From contig OX597817.1 in assembly GCA_951406725.2 (NCBI GenBank), positions 43,276,001 through 43,340,000 of the forward strand: DNA of 64,000 bases, given 5' to 3'. This DNA is from Octopus vulgaris. Lineage: Eukaryota. A program made the translations under genes and the position numbers. Under the pieces are notes generated by a model. That model did not search any database. It was not told the DNA's origin and saw only the letters and a program-made list of their open reading frames with translations. Positions within the stretch are counted from its first letter, which is position 1; each line of letters begins with the position of its first letter. This document shows, piece after piece, positions 52,247 to 64,000 of this stretch.

Positions 52247-53902
52247 TTTTTAATGTCCATTTTCTGTACTGGCATGGGGTCATTTTACTAATTCTTTAAA
52301 TCCTAATGGCATTACATTTGCAGGGAACACATGTGCCATCATAATAATTATTACTAACACAAGTTTAAATAATTATGTTAATGACTTTACCTACATTGAT
52401 TACAATATCTATCAGTCTGTGATTCTTATTATACTACCTATCCACTTCACCAAGAGAAGAATAGCAACATTGCTAGAACCAAATTCCTCCAATATTGTAA
52501 ACAAGTTTGCTAAGATATTCAGCTGGCACTTAACATCTATAGAATATGTTGTTAAGACCTTTTGAAGTTCAAATGACTGACTACTGGTAATTAGTCAATC
52601 CTGAATTATGTACAGCAGTGACAACACTTCTTGTCTCAATATTTTTCTTATAAATTTGCTGTGAAAACACACAAACACTTCTTAACACTGGTGAAAAACA
52701 TAGAAATTGAATTACAGCTACAGAAGTTTATGTTGTGCGTGTGTGTTGCAACAACTACCTATGAACAATGTGTACAATCTGTTAAAGAGCCTCTGCTTGA
52801 TCTGCTACAAACAGCAGACAAATTTCTTTCAAATCACGCATTGCAGTCTAAAAGGACATGTATTGAATGAAATGGTGAGAAAGGATCTACAGACATTGGG
52901 ACTCAAAGAGGGGGTAACAGGGGACCAAAACTGCTGGCAGTTTGTTGTACTTGAAATGACACACCAGGTTAAGTAAAAATGTGGTTGCCAATGCATACAG
53001 GCTCATCCTCTGCAATCCTCCCCAACTGACCATCCCTAATCTTGTGGGTTCATAAGTGCTGGTGCTATGTAAAAGGCACCCATACTGGTGCTGTGTAGAA
53101 GTGCACAGTACACTCTGTAAAGGGGTTGGCATTAGGAAGGGCATCCAGCCAGAGAAACCATGCTAGAACAGACATGGAACCTGAACAGCCCTTCAACTGG
53201 TTAGCTCCTGTGAAACCATCCAATCCATGCAAGCATGGAAAACGGACACTAAATGATGATGATGATGATGATGATGATGAATTAGAATAACTTAGCCGAC
53301 ATCCTTTCATTTCTGTTCTCACACTTCTCATCCTGTCTTTGTTAATTCCTGTCAATCTCCTCTAATATCAATGATTTAAAACTATATACAAGAGACTGAC
53401 ACACAGCTAAAGGTGGTTGACCTGAAGCTGATATTCACTTGGGAAGAAATTTGCTGTGGTTGTTTAACCCCACAATAGCATTGATTGAACAACTTATGAT
53501 AAAATGCTTACCAGCCATGACCACTCCATCTACGTTTTCAAAAATAATGTTTCAAGGATTACATTATTTGATGTATGCTATATATTTTTGAATGCTGTCG
53601 GGTTTGATATGAGGGTGATTTGACCTCTTTAGTTTACTTTATTTAGTCTAAAGAAGGACAGAAGATCTAATGTAGTTGGTGTTTAAATTGATATATATAT
53701 ATTTAAATGGATGAATGAATTATCCTTTGTTTACTGTTAACATGGAAAATTCAATAAACAGTTACCAGGGTAGCAAAATTCATGCAAGTAATACGGATGA
53801 AGCGACCTATTCAAAGGTAGAAACTCCAGGTTAATATGCAGTAATTTGTGTAGTATAAGTAAATAAATGGAGTTGAACGAAGATGTTATTAAAATTCTTT
53901 TA

Positions 53903-53985
53903 CTTTCAACATATGTTTCGAAGACATCATTGGTTTTATTCCAAAGGAATAAACTCTGTAAAATGCAATCTTCTCATCAGGAAAG
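53903..53985 (-). ncRNA. Type I minimal hammerhead ribozyme with canonical core, in a Penelope-like pLTR remnant (~53700-54020)
   Basis: Minus strand: CUUUC-CUGAUGA-GAAGA(...CAUU...UUUAUUCC-uuu-GGAAUAAA...AAUG...)UCUUC-GAAA-CAUAUG-UU-GAAAG; stem I 5 bp, extended stem II, palindromic helix III ACAUAUGU. Activity not tested. Confidence 0.7.
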
Positions 53986-54285
53986 AAAGAGAACCTATCT
54001 CAACAACAAGATATTATAACAATTACAGGGTTATTCAAAAAGAAAGAGTAGATTTTAAATTTATTTTTAAAACAAAAGGTAAAAGACACAAACACATTCT
54101 ACATATTTCTTGATAGGGTAAGGTTTAAAGTTTATTTTAAGGTTGTATGCACTCAACATGAGCATCATGAGCACTGATGATTTTTCTTTTACAAATGCAA
54201 CTTTTTTCTGTGAAATTTTTATGCCATTTGTAAATTCACTTGTGACAAGGTGAATTTTTATTGAATTGGCAGCAAAATTTACATT

Positions 54286-54348
<63 letters not shown>

Positions 54349-55016
54349 AGCATACACACATGCACGCACACACACACACACACGCACACATACACTCACT
54401 CACACACACACACACAAAACTAGAAGATAGAGCATTTCAAAGGATAGTGGTTATGGTGAGAAATGGTTAAGCCAAGTGTGCTGAATTTTTAAATTTTTTA
54501 AGCAAGTGAGAAGAGCAGTCTTCATGGTGTTTTACTGGGTCTCCAAGACTGGTAGGGAAGAGAAAAGGTAACCTAAAACTAGAGACCTTGCTTGAATGCT
54601 TGCAAGGGAATGGAATCTGCTAAAGACATCCAAGATGCTGAGCAGTGCTTTTAAAGTTGGGCCTCACAGAGGCAATGACCAAGACCTTTGGCATTATGTC
54701 ATGCTTGAGAAGAAGACCCATCAAGCCAAGCAAAATCGCAGTTGTGACAGATACTAGTGTCATGCAAACGGTACCTGTGCCAGTGACACATAGAAGCACC
54801 CATTACACTCTCAGAGTGGTTGGCGTTAGGAAGGGCATCAAGCCATAGAAACCGTGCCAAATCAGACTGGAGCCTGGCACAGCCTTCCAGCATACCAGCA
54901 CAGTCAAGCCGTCCAATCCATCCCAGCATGGACAATGGACATTAAATGATGATGATGATGATGATGATGACGACGACGACAACGGTGATGATGATAATGA
55001 TGCTGATGATGACGAC

Positions 55017-55067
<51 letters not shown>

Positions 55068-55566
55068 TTAAGTCTGCAACTTCAAATAATGAGATTTGAA
55101 CTCAGAATTTAATGAGCTAGAACTAATACTGGCATCTGGTCTGATATTCTTACAGTTATGCAAATCCACCAGACTGTATTGGTACTTTTTACATCAACCC
55201 CATAAGGATGAAAGGCAAAGTTGACCTCAGCAGGATTTGAACTCAGAGCAAAAAGATTTGGAAGAACTCAGAGTCAGGCATGAGAAATGTTAGGAAGAGA
55301 GTTGGGTGAAATGTGTGGCTGTGAATGAACTGGACCATTATTGTATTAGTAGAACAGAAAAATGAGAAACAGTGTATTCATATGTAACTGGTTGTGGCAG
55401 CTTATTGAGGGAATCTTTTCATTTCTGTTAGTTGGACTTTTTCTGGATACATTCCATAATATATGTGTGTGCAGCAGTAACACAGCCTCAGATATGGGAT
55501 TTGTATGTGTGCATGTGTGTGTTTAAGTATGTGTAAGAGTGTGCATGTATGCATGTGTGTGTGTGC

Positions 55567-55667
<101 letters not shown>

Positions 55668-56348
55668 GCAGCGGTATTATTTCAGATATCTGATCAGAGT
55701 ATTTGTGTATCTAGCCACTCTACTGTCCTAATTATGTCATCAGTATAATTGTATTTTTACTGTAATTGTATTGTCTTAATTATGTGATCAGAATTGTTTG
55801 CTTGTTGTATAGCAGCAACACTGTCCCAGATATGGGGTCAGAGTGTGTGTATGTGTGTATGTATGTGTGTGTTTGGCAAATATTGTAATTAGAGAATGCA
55901 TATAATGAAAATGTAAAGCAGGCCAGCTCTGAAATGCTGAGCCTACAGTTGAAGAATATTAGGAAAAGTGATACAGCCATGATCGTTCTGCCATCTTTTC
56001 TTTTTTTGACAATATGTGTCAGGGATTAGTTAACGTGTCTCCTTTATGCAAGATGGCAGGATGTAATCAGAGGAAAATGTGGCTGCTATTTCTAGAAGCC
56101 TGAGTTGCAAGATAGGGACTTCAACAATGGGTCATGTACAGTGTTGACACATGTGATAGGTCTGTAGTATTGACATATAGTATTAGTATATAGTGGAGGT
56201 ATGTAGTATAGGTACAGAGGGATGTGTGGTCACCATGCTGTATAGGTGTATAGAGGAGGTGTAGAAGTGTATAGTGGGAGTTTGAAGTGGAGGTTTATAG
56301 ATGAGTAGAGTGGAAGTATAATAGTAGAGGTGTGAAGAATATAGTGGA

Positions 56349-56387
<39 letters not shown>

Positions 56388-56389
56388 CA

Positions 56390-56688
56390 CCATCACCGAC
56401 CAGGCTATCAGATGTTGATATACATCACTGGTCACAATGCGCTTCGCATTGTTTTAGCCTTCAAATGATGCCACCCCACTGGCTAAGTGAGCAGGCCGAC
56501 AGAAGAAAGAGTGAAAGAAAGTTGTGGCGAAAGAGTATAGTAGGGATTGCCACCACCTCCTGCCGGAGCCTCGTAGAGCTTTAGGTGTTTTCGCTCAATA
56601 AACACTCACAACGCCCGGTCTGGGAATCGAAACCGCGACCCTACAACTGTGAGTCCGTTGCCCTAACCACTGGGTCATTGTGCCTCCA
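56390..56688 (-). mobile_element. tRNA-derived SINE, family D
   Basis: Reverse-complement match to the head of 44170-44350. Confidence 0.8.
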
Positions 56689-56749
56689 CACACACACAGA
56701 CACACACACACACACACACACATACAGAGACACACACAGACACACACAG

Positions 56750-56783
<34 letters not shown>

Positions 56784-56882
56784 ACACACCACACACACAC
56801 ACACATATATATATGGAGTGGAAGTTTAGAGTGTAAGTAAAGAATAGAAGTGTATAATGGATGTATTTAGAATATGTGTATA

Positions 56883-58251
56883 CACCCAGAACCATGTTAA
56901 AAGCTTAGGAGTGAAATTTAGAATTTCTTGGTTTTCTGTGAATCGATATTGATAAAATTTTTACCAGCTGGTTAGCACATAGAAAACCATAATAACCATA
57001 ACAGAAAACCATAATAATATTATAACATTAATTGACATAATGAATTATTTAGCAACATGAACGCCATATTGATGGATAACTTCAAAAACCCTTTTAGTCA
57101 TGGAATCTGTCAATTTCTTAATAGTAGCAGGTTGGACTGCCTCTGCTGCAGCTATGATGGTCACCTATAAGACACCTTTTGATGGAAATTGGCATCCATC
57201 AGCATAAACATCTTGTTTAATGATGGACCGAAGATTTTCGATAGGGTTGAGATTCAGAGATGGCTACACCATCAACCTTTCACCTTGTATGCCGTAAGAC
57301 CCTAGGAATGTTTGGGTGGTCTTAGCAGAGTGGGTGGGGGTGGGGGAGCGTTGTCATGCATGAATATGAGATTCCTTAGAAGTGACTGCAGTATGTCATC
57401 TAGCCAGGGATCCAAGACCTCATTCAGGAGATTGCAGTAGGTGGCTGCAGTCACTTTTACCTCTTCAGGCCCCCTGACTGGGCCAACAAATTTGTCTCCA
57501 GTGATCGCCCACAACATGACTCCGCCACCCTATTGTTGATGTCGTAGATGTTGGTGATGCTCATCTCCAAAATAGACCCAACAATTTGCCCAACCACCAG
57601 CTTCATCAAGGTTCATCCTGGTTTCGTCAGTGAACAGAACACAGCTCATGTCTAATGCCATGTACTTTTGGGCTCATTGAAGCCTCAAACTCCTGTGAGG
57701 AGGCAGTTTCAGGGGTTCTCACATAGCAGCCATGGTCCCAAGGATGCAATTTCCAGTGGTTTTCGGTACATGAGGAAGTCTGGTAGTGGTAAAAGTGGCA
57801 TTGCTTGTTTGTCCCAGTTTCCCACATAACTTGCAGCCAATATTCCTTAAATCCCTAGCTGTCACAGTCTTGGAGGTCCCACAATCGGATCTTTTCTTCC
57901 TTGGAACTCATGTGTCATTATGTCAATAAATATTATAATATTATTATGGTTTTTCTGTTGAATATATACTCAATGTATGCTTAATATGTATCATTACCCT
58001 TCTTTTTCTGAAAAAAAAAAAAAAATAATGTCAAGATGGACTATTTTCATTCAAAAGCTATTAGCATGGTTTACCAAAAAAACTGAAAAATCTGAAATAA
58101 AAAAGAAAGGACGTTACATAGAGTAATGAAAACATAACAATGGTGTTGCCATAGTGTGCAAACCAGCTGGGAAAAGTTTTATCAAAATTGATTCACAGAA
58201 AACCAAGAAATCCTAAATTTCCCTCCTAAGCTATTAGCATGGTTCTGGGTG
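56883..58251 (-). mobile_element. Tc1-family DNA transposon with both TIRs and a pseudogenised DDE transposase
   Basis: TIRs of about 100 bp (CACCCAGAACCATG..AGCTTAGGAG..AAATTTAG..ATTTCTTGGTTTTCTGTGAATC) flanked by TA; minus strand VLFTDETR, GGGVMLW, IFMHDNAP, LNPIENL motifs with stops and frameshifts. Confidence 0.9.
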
Positions 58252-58917
58252 TAGAGTAGATGTATAAATATATATATTTAGGTGTAGGAATAGCTGTGTG
58301 GTAAGAAGTATTCTTCCTAAACATGTGGTTCTGTGTTCAGTCCCACTGTTTGGTACCTTGGGCAAGTGTCTACTAATATAGCCCCAGGACCAACCAAAGC
58401 CTTCTGAGTGGATCTGGAAGTTGGAGAACAGCGTGGAAGCTTGTGATATGTATACACACATACACACACAAGTATGTATGTATATATGTATGTATGTATG
58501 TATGTGTGTGTGTGCATTTGCTGTTGTCTCCTTGCTTTCACATCATGTGATAGTTGTAAATGAGTATCTTCAGCGTGAAAATAATATCTTTCCTTTCCAA
58601 TGTTGTGTGAGGACATGTCTTGCCTTGGGGAAATATTACCTTGTTTAGAAACAGGTGAAGGTTGGTGACAGGAAGAGCATCAAGCCAACAAAAATGTGCC
58701 TTAATAAATTCCATCCAACCAATGGAAGCCTGGAACAGTGGATGCTAAAACAATGGTGATGAAGATGAAGAGGACGATGATATTTGTTGATATTTTATTA
58801 ATGAGAGGGTGTTATTTTAAAATTCAAATATTCTTGTACTTGTTTCAGTTAATTGACTATGGTCATGCTGGAGCACCACCTTTATATTTAGGATCTTTAA
58901 AAACATTTTAAAAATAC

Positions 58918-59253
58918 AAAATGATGAAAACAATTGCAACATGGAAGGTGTTTATAAGCCGTTTAAGAAACACACAAAAACCGTTAGAATCACTTCAACA
59001 TTTAAATTTAATTTGTCAAAATATTTTCGTCAGTTTGAGACCACAACCTGTTCACTGACAAAATTCTGTGCTGCATCAAAGCGACGAAAATATTTTGACA
59101 AATTAAATTTAAATGTTGAAGTGAATCTAACAGTTTTTGTGTGTTTCTTAAATGGCTTATAAACACCTTCCCCACTGCAATTGTTTTCGTTCCAGCACAC
59201 GATCTCAGATCAGATCACTTGTTATGCAAGTAAATCTCCATAAAATGATGAAA
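58918..59253. mobile_element. Asymmetric inverted-repeat insertion with a 12-bp target-site duplication and a variant hammerhead-like motif
   Basis: Arms ~58926-59031 / 59083-59188, right extension to 59241; direct repeat AAAATGATGAAA at 58918-58929 and 59242-59253. Confidence 0.8.
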
Positions 59254-59294
59254 GCTAATTACAAAATGATATATTTTGATTGTTATACTTGTAG

Positions 59295-59432
59295 AATACT
59301 GCTATGGTCCACAGTTTCAATGTAATAATGGTGTATGTATTCCTCATGGCTGGCACTGTGACCATTATACAGACTGTGATGATGGAAGTGATGAAAAAGA
59401 TTGTGTAAGCAACCACGATGATGGAGAACCAG
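59295..59432 (+). CDS. Exon encoding LDL-receptor class A repeat 3
   Basis: TTGTAG acceptor, CAG|GTAAGA donor, 138 nt, phase 1-1; [36 protein letters not shown]. Confidence 0.93.
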
Positions 59433-59699
59433 GTAAGAAGTAATCCTAATTGTTTTCTTTCTGTGTTTCTTCCTCTGCTATATATAGTCCTTTATAAACT
59501 GCTCGTTATGAACTCAACCAGTCATGACTTTCCTCATTAGCAGTAAAACTACTGTGTACCTGTAGAAAACCCACAGATGATCAATATTCAGTTTTACAGT
59601 TAATGACTTGTGGTAAACTTTATGAGAAGAGATTCAAGGGATTCATTGAAGAAGATACACATTCCTCTCTATCACTTAAGTAATAAAATATATGTACAA

Positions 59700-59755
<56 letters not shown>

Positions 59756-60224
59756 ATATATATATATATATATATAGGCGAGGAAAAAATAATAAGGCAG
59801 AATGCTAAATTGAAAGTAAATTTTAATAAAAATGGATGTATGAAAAATAAAAAAAAAAGAAATCAAACTGGCTTTCATTGCAAGGCAAATTTTCAAGATT
59901 TGGAAGGGAAAATTTTTTTTTTAAGATTGAGGAAAGGGAAAAAAGAAATTTACAATGTTTTTTCAAAAAAATAATTTACTGACTTATATATGTATATATA
60001 TATAGACGCAAGAGTGGCTGTGTCGTTAGTAGCTTGCTTTCCAACCACATGGTTCCAGGTTCAGTCCCACTGCATGGCACCTTGGGCAAGTGTCTTCTAC
60101 TATAGCCTCGGGCAGTTTTGCTGTGGAATGGTGAAGCTATTTTTCTGTTTTCTGAAAAGGCAATGTTTTGGACATATGACACCTTTACATAAGAGCAACG
60201 ATGCACCCTCCCCCCCACACACAT

Positions 60225-60640
60225 AGGGCCTCTCCCTCAGATTGAAAGGCAGATTGTATGATGCCTGTGGGTGAACAGCTATGGTACATGAAAGTGAAAC
60301 GTGGGCCATGACTGATGAGGACATGCATAGGTTTGAAAGAAATGAAGCCAGTATGCTTTGCCGGATATGCAATGTCAGTGTGCATGTTTGACATAGTGTA
60401 AGCATCTTGAAAGAAAAGTTAGGCATAAGTGGCATCAATTGTGGTGTGCAAGAGAGACAACTGCGCTGGCATGGTCATGTGATGTGTTTGGACGAGGACA
60501 ATTGTGTAAAGAAGTGCGAATCTCTAACTGTGGAAGTAGACCTGGGAAGACATGGGACGAGGTGCTGAATCATGATCTTCAAACTTTGGGCCTCACAGAA
60601 GCAATGACTAGTGGCCGAGACCTTTGGTATTATGTCATGC
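60225..60640 (+). mobile_element. RTE-clade LINE 3' fragment
   Basis: LSLRLKGRLYDAC..HESETWAM..RFERNE..QLRWHGHVM..RPGKTWDEV, typical of the RTE ORF C-terminus; shorter fragments at ~52860-52960 and ~54645-54720. Confidence 0.8.
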
Positions 60641-61744
60641 AAGTAAAATTGCAGTCGTGGCAGATACTGGTGTCATGTAAATGGCACCTATGCCAGTGGC
60701 ACATAAAAGCACCCATTACACTTTCAGAGTGGTTGGCATTAGGAAGGGCATCCAGCTGTAGAAACCATGTGAAATCAGACTGCAGTCTGGTGCAGCATTC
60801 CAGCTTGCCAGCTCTGATCAAACCATCCAATGGATGTTAAATGATGATGATGATGATGATGATATATATATAGTTTATAATTTATAAACAGCTAAATGTA
60901 CAAACATTTTGGCTTCAGTATTTAGTTAACTAAATAACCCGTTAGTGTTTTCATAAAATGCAGGTTTTGCTAAAGCATTATAGCTCTGCTAATTAAACAA
61001 CTTATCAGTATTTGTATGAAATTCAAACAGAGTGAAAGTGCCATATCAGCTGATTTGCAGTACAAGTGGATGGACAAACAGAGAGATAGATGGAGATACA
61101 CTGCTAATTATATTGGTATATAATTAACCATAGTTTCTTATATTGACTAAAGGCCAGAAATAATTTTGTTGGGAGGGAACAGTCAATGGTATTGACACCA
61201 GTACTTGTGTGGTACTTGTTTTATTGTTGTCAGGAAAACAAAAAGCAAAGTTGACCTCTGCCATCACTTTTCGAAGTCTTCCCAAACTGGTGAATTAATG
61301 CATCTGGTTTCCAGCCTGAACATCTGCAGTTTTTATAGCCAGATGCCCTTCCTGTCCCCAACCTTCACCTGTTTCCATGCAATTTAATATTTCCTTATGG
61401 CCAGACATGACTTTTGCAGAATATTGTAAATGAATGACATTCGTTTGTAGCAATCACATGACACCAAGGCAAGAAGACACACACACACACACGTGTGTGT
61501 GTGTGTGTGTATAAATATCTAAAAAAGAATTCCTGTGTTGTAAATAGTAAAAAACTTATGTAAAACAGAAATGAAGATAAATGTTAAATACAATTATAAA
61601 ATACTTGTTATTTCTTTTGTTGGTCATGTATAATGAATTCAGGGATTTGATATGCTGCAAAGTAGTAACTTCTGCGTGTTCATTGCCCTGGTAAATAATT
61701 AATTACTAAAATACCATCAACAATATTATGATTATGCATTGCAG

Positions 61745-61888
61745 TGAACTGTGCAGATGACTCGTTTCGGTGCAACACCAATGTGTGTATTCCAGCATTA
61801 TGGCACTGTGACAAGTACCAAGATTGCGCAGATGGCAGTGATGAAGAGGAATGTCCAATGAAGAAAGAGGAACCAACCCATAGCATAT
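61745..61888 (+). CDS. Exon encoding LDL-receptor class A repeat 4
   Basis: TTGCAG acceptor; [47 protein letters not shown]; a weaker GTTTGT donor gives 144 nt, phase 1-1 (3' boundary less certain). Confidence 0.88.
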
Positions 61889-63178
61889 GTTTGTATCACT
61901 TTCTCTTCTCACATTAATTTATTAATTAGCAGACAACAGCTGTAGATTATCTTGATGTTGTTGTTGTGGATGTTTTGCTCTGGGTCAGCTCTGGTCAATC
62001 AGATCATGGCCATTCTGTCTTTTTGTAAATCTATGTAAATCTTAGACCACATTATCCAACATATCCTTTATTTTTTCAAGATGATAAGGTGTGATTTCAA
62101 TTTTGCTGCTATTTCTAGCCCTATATCTTCTAGGTAAGCTGAGATCAGACTGACCTACACTCAAAGATGCTTAAGCCATGAACTTTCCATTAAAAGTATC
62201 TTTCTGTTCTTTTTCTAATTTTTTTTCTTAAGAGAATAGGGTGTGGTTTAAGGGAGTTCTGGTTGCCATTTTCAAGTAACTTTCTTGGTTTGGTTGTTTC
62301 CCATGGTTGTGCAACTGGAATTGTTGTAATTGTTGTTTTTGAACTCAGATCGGCTCTGACTGAACCAACCAATGACCAAAGATTCACAATATTATCCATC
62401 ATGTCCTTCTTTTTTTCTTTAAGATAGTGGGGTGTGAATTGTGAAAATTTAAATGCTATTTTCACAAGTCAAGCAGCAGCCATATAGAAGTTCCCATCTT
62501 GTATCAGTAAAGTAAGTCTCCTTGGCTTTACTGTCTCAAGTCCTTGAAATCATGGGGTTAGTTACTCAGTTTCCATGGTGCATAAGTGACTGAGATCACC
62601 ACATTGCCATTGAATGAGATGCCAGTTCATCATAGGGTTTGTCATTTACAACTAAGTGGACTCAAGTAACATGAAATGAAGTATTTTGCTCAAGAACTCA
62701 ATACATCACCTGATCTGAGAATCAAAACCTTGATTTTGCAACTGTGAGTGCAACCCCTTAATCACCATAATGTATCAGACTCCTTCCAAACTTCTATTGT
62801 TGATGTGAGAAAGTAAAGTTTTGATGGCAGTATTTTCTCCTTTCATTTGACCTGTAGCCACCCATCTTCTCTCTTCTCTTGATCCCTGAATCTACCTTCT
62901 CTGTTCTATTTATCTAGTAATTACTGGTATCCTCTCAAAAGACCATCATATATATAAACAATCGTTATTTGTAGTTCGATCACTAAGAGAGTGTTATTTA
63001 TTCTCAAATGAAGGCTTTATTTAACATAGAATTTAACATAGATTAAATGTATCAAGTGGACTATCAAATTCACCTTTGCTTTTTATTCATTTATTTATTG
63101 TTCTTTTTGCTTATTTTATTTTAAAATGTGTTTTCTTTCATTTATTTTCTTCTCGATGTCTCTTTTTGTCTACAACAG

Positions 63179-63222
63179 ATTGTTTATTGAGATTAACTAT
63201 TCACACAAAGACGTTTGCCTGA
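63179..63222 (+). CDS. Candidate terminal coding exon of the LDLa gene
   Basis: Long polypyrimidine tract + AACAG acceptor; phase-1 reading (Y)CLLRLTIHTKTFA*; AATAAA at 63235 and 63303. No homology support. Confidence 0.3.
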
Positions 63223-64000
63223 CTGAAAATGTTGAATAAAACAAAATCAATAGCATTCTACCATTATTCCACTAAGTTAAATCTAATTTGTGACAAGTGC
63301 AAAATAAACATGTCTTTATAGTGTACATATATCATGTTTATTCAGTGAGTTCATTATTTATGACCAACATATATAACACTTTCTAGTAGTATTAAACACT
63401 TGTTTTTGTTTCTATTTAACATCAGTTTTTTTTTAGTATTGGTGAGACTGTTTTTACAAACTTATATATTTGCATATTGTTCAGGAATTTTTTTTATAGC
63501 TGGGTGTCATTCCTGCTGTTCCTGGATAGCATTCCTATTGCTCCTCTACAACAGTTGCTAATTAATTAGTTATGAGTATGTAACTTTTACTCAAAGAAAG
63601 CAATTGTTAAAGTCTACACAGGATAGAAAATTCTTAAACATTTTAATCTTAATATATTTTTATCAAAATGTGGTTTTGAAATTTTCATTTATTGAAAATT
63701 TCAAACACACATTGCAATCAGAAAACCAATTTTAAGTCTCAGCAAAGTAGTTTAGATAAATTAAGTTAAGAAGAGTTATATGCATCGTCTTTGGGTACAG
63801 CACAGAGGGTCTTCTAAAGTTTAAACTAGGGTTTAAAATATAACAATAACCTGACTACTTACAATTTCTTTACCTTTAAACAGTAAGGGAAGCAAGCCTA
63901 ACATGCCATCTAGCACATAACATTAGTTGCTTCTATTATTTAGACTGACTGTAGTTTACACCCCCGCATCATCTCTATTTACCTGTAAAACAACAAGAAA

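Noticed and set aside
51534-52299. Poly-Pro, poly-His, poly-Thr and poly-Val ORFs of 212-239 aa
   Set aside because: A triplet repeat open in every frame; no convincing splice sites or domains. Kept only as a repeat.
59405-59410. Alternative donor GTAAGC inside LDLa exon 3
   Set aside because: Phase 0, which would shift the frame of the next exon; the downstream CAG|GTAAGA donor is stronger and in phase.

Overview
AT-rich, microsatellite- and SINE-dense animal genomic DNA. The repeat repertoire looks like an octopus or other coleoid cephalopod genome (recognition from memory, not verified by a search). Almost all ORFs in the supplied track are microsatellite or repeat artefacts. The real protein-coding content has two parts. 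(1) A + strand gene missed by the ORF track, with five symmetric phase-1 exons at 36083-36238, 41227-41379, 46208-46324, 59295-59432 and 61745-61888; four of them each encode one LDL-receptor class A (LDLa) repeat, and there is a candidate terminal exon at 63179-63222. (2) A 300-aa ORF at 18476-19378 (hydrophobic N-terminus, poly-D/poly-N, VWC-like Cys module, TM helix, short tail). This ORF has a consensus phase-1 splice donor just before its TM segment, so it may be exon 1 of the LDLa gene, giving membrane-bound and secreted isoforms. Mobile DNA includes a decayed Penelope-like element (RT thumb + GIY-YIG), R4/Dong-like retrotransposons in (TAA)n, Tc1/mariner elements and MITEs, RTE and L1/Tx1 LINE fragments, and several tRNA-derived SINE families. 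The most striking unannotated signal is a set of at least eight short asymmetric inverted-repeat insertions from several unrelated families, mostly in (TA)n. Most carry minimal type I hammerhead-ribozyme motifs, as do two further stand-alone fragments; across these, some cores are canonical, some non-canonical and some truncated. This fits Penelope-like pLTR-derived insertions. Inside the LDLa gene the best-preserved hammerheads are antisense to the gene.
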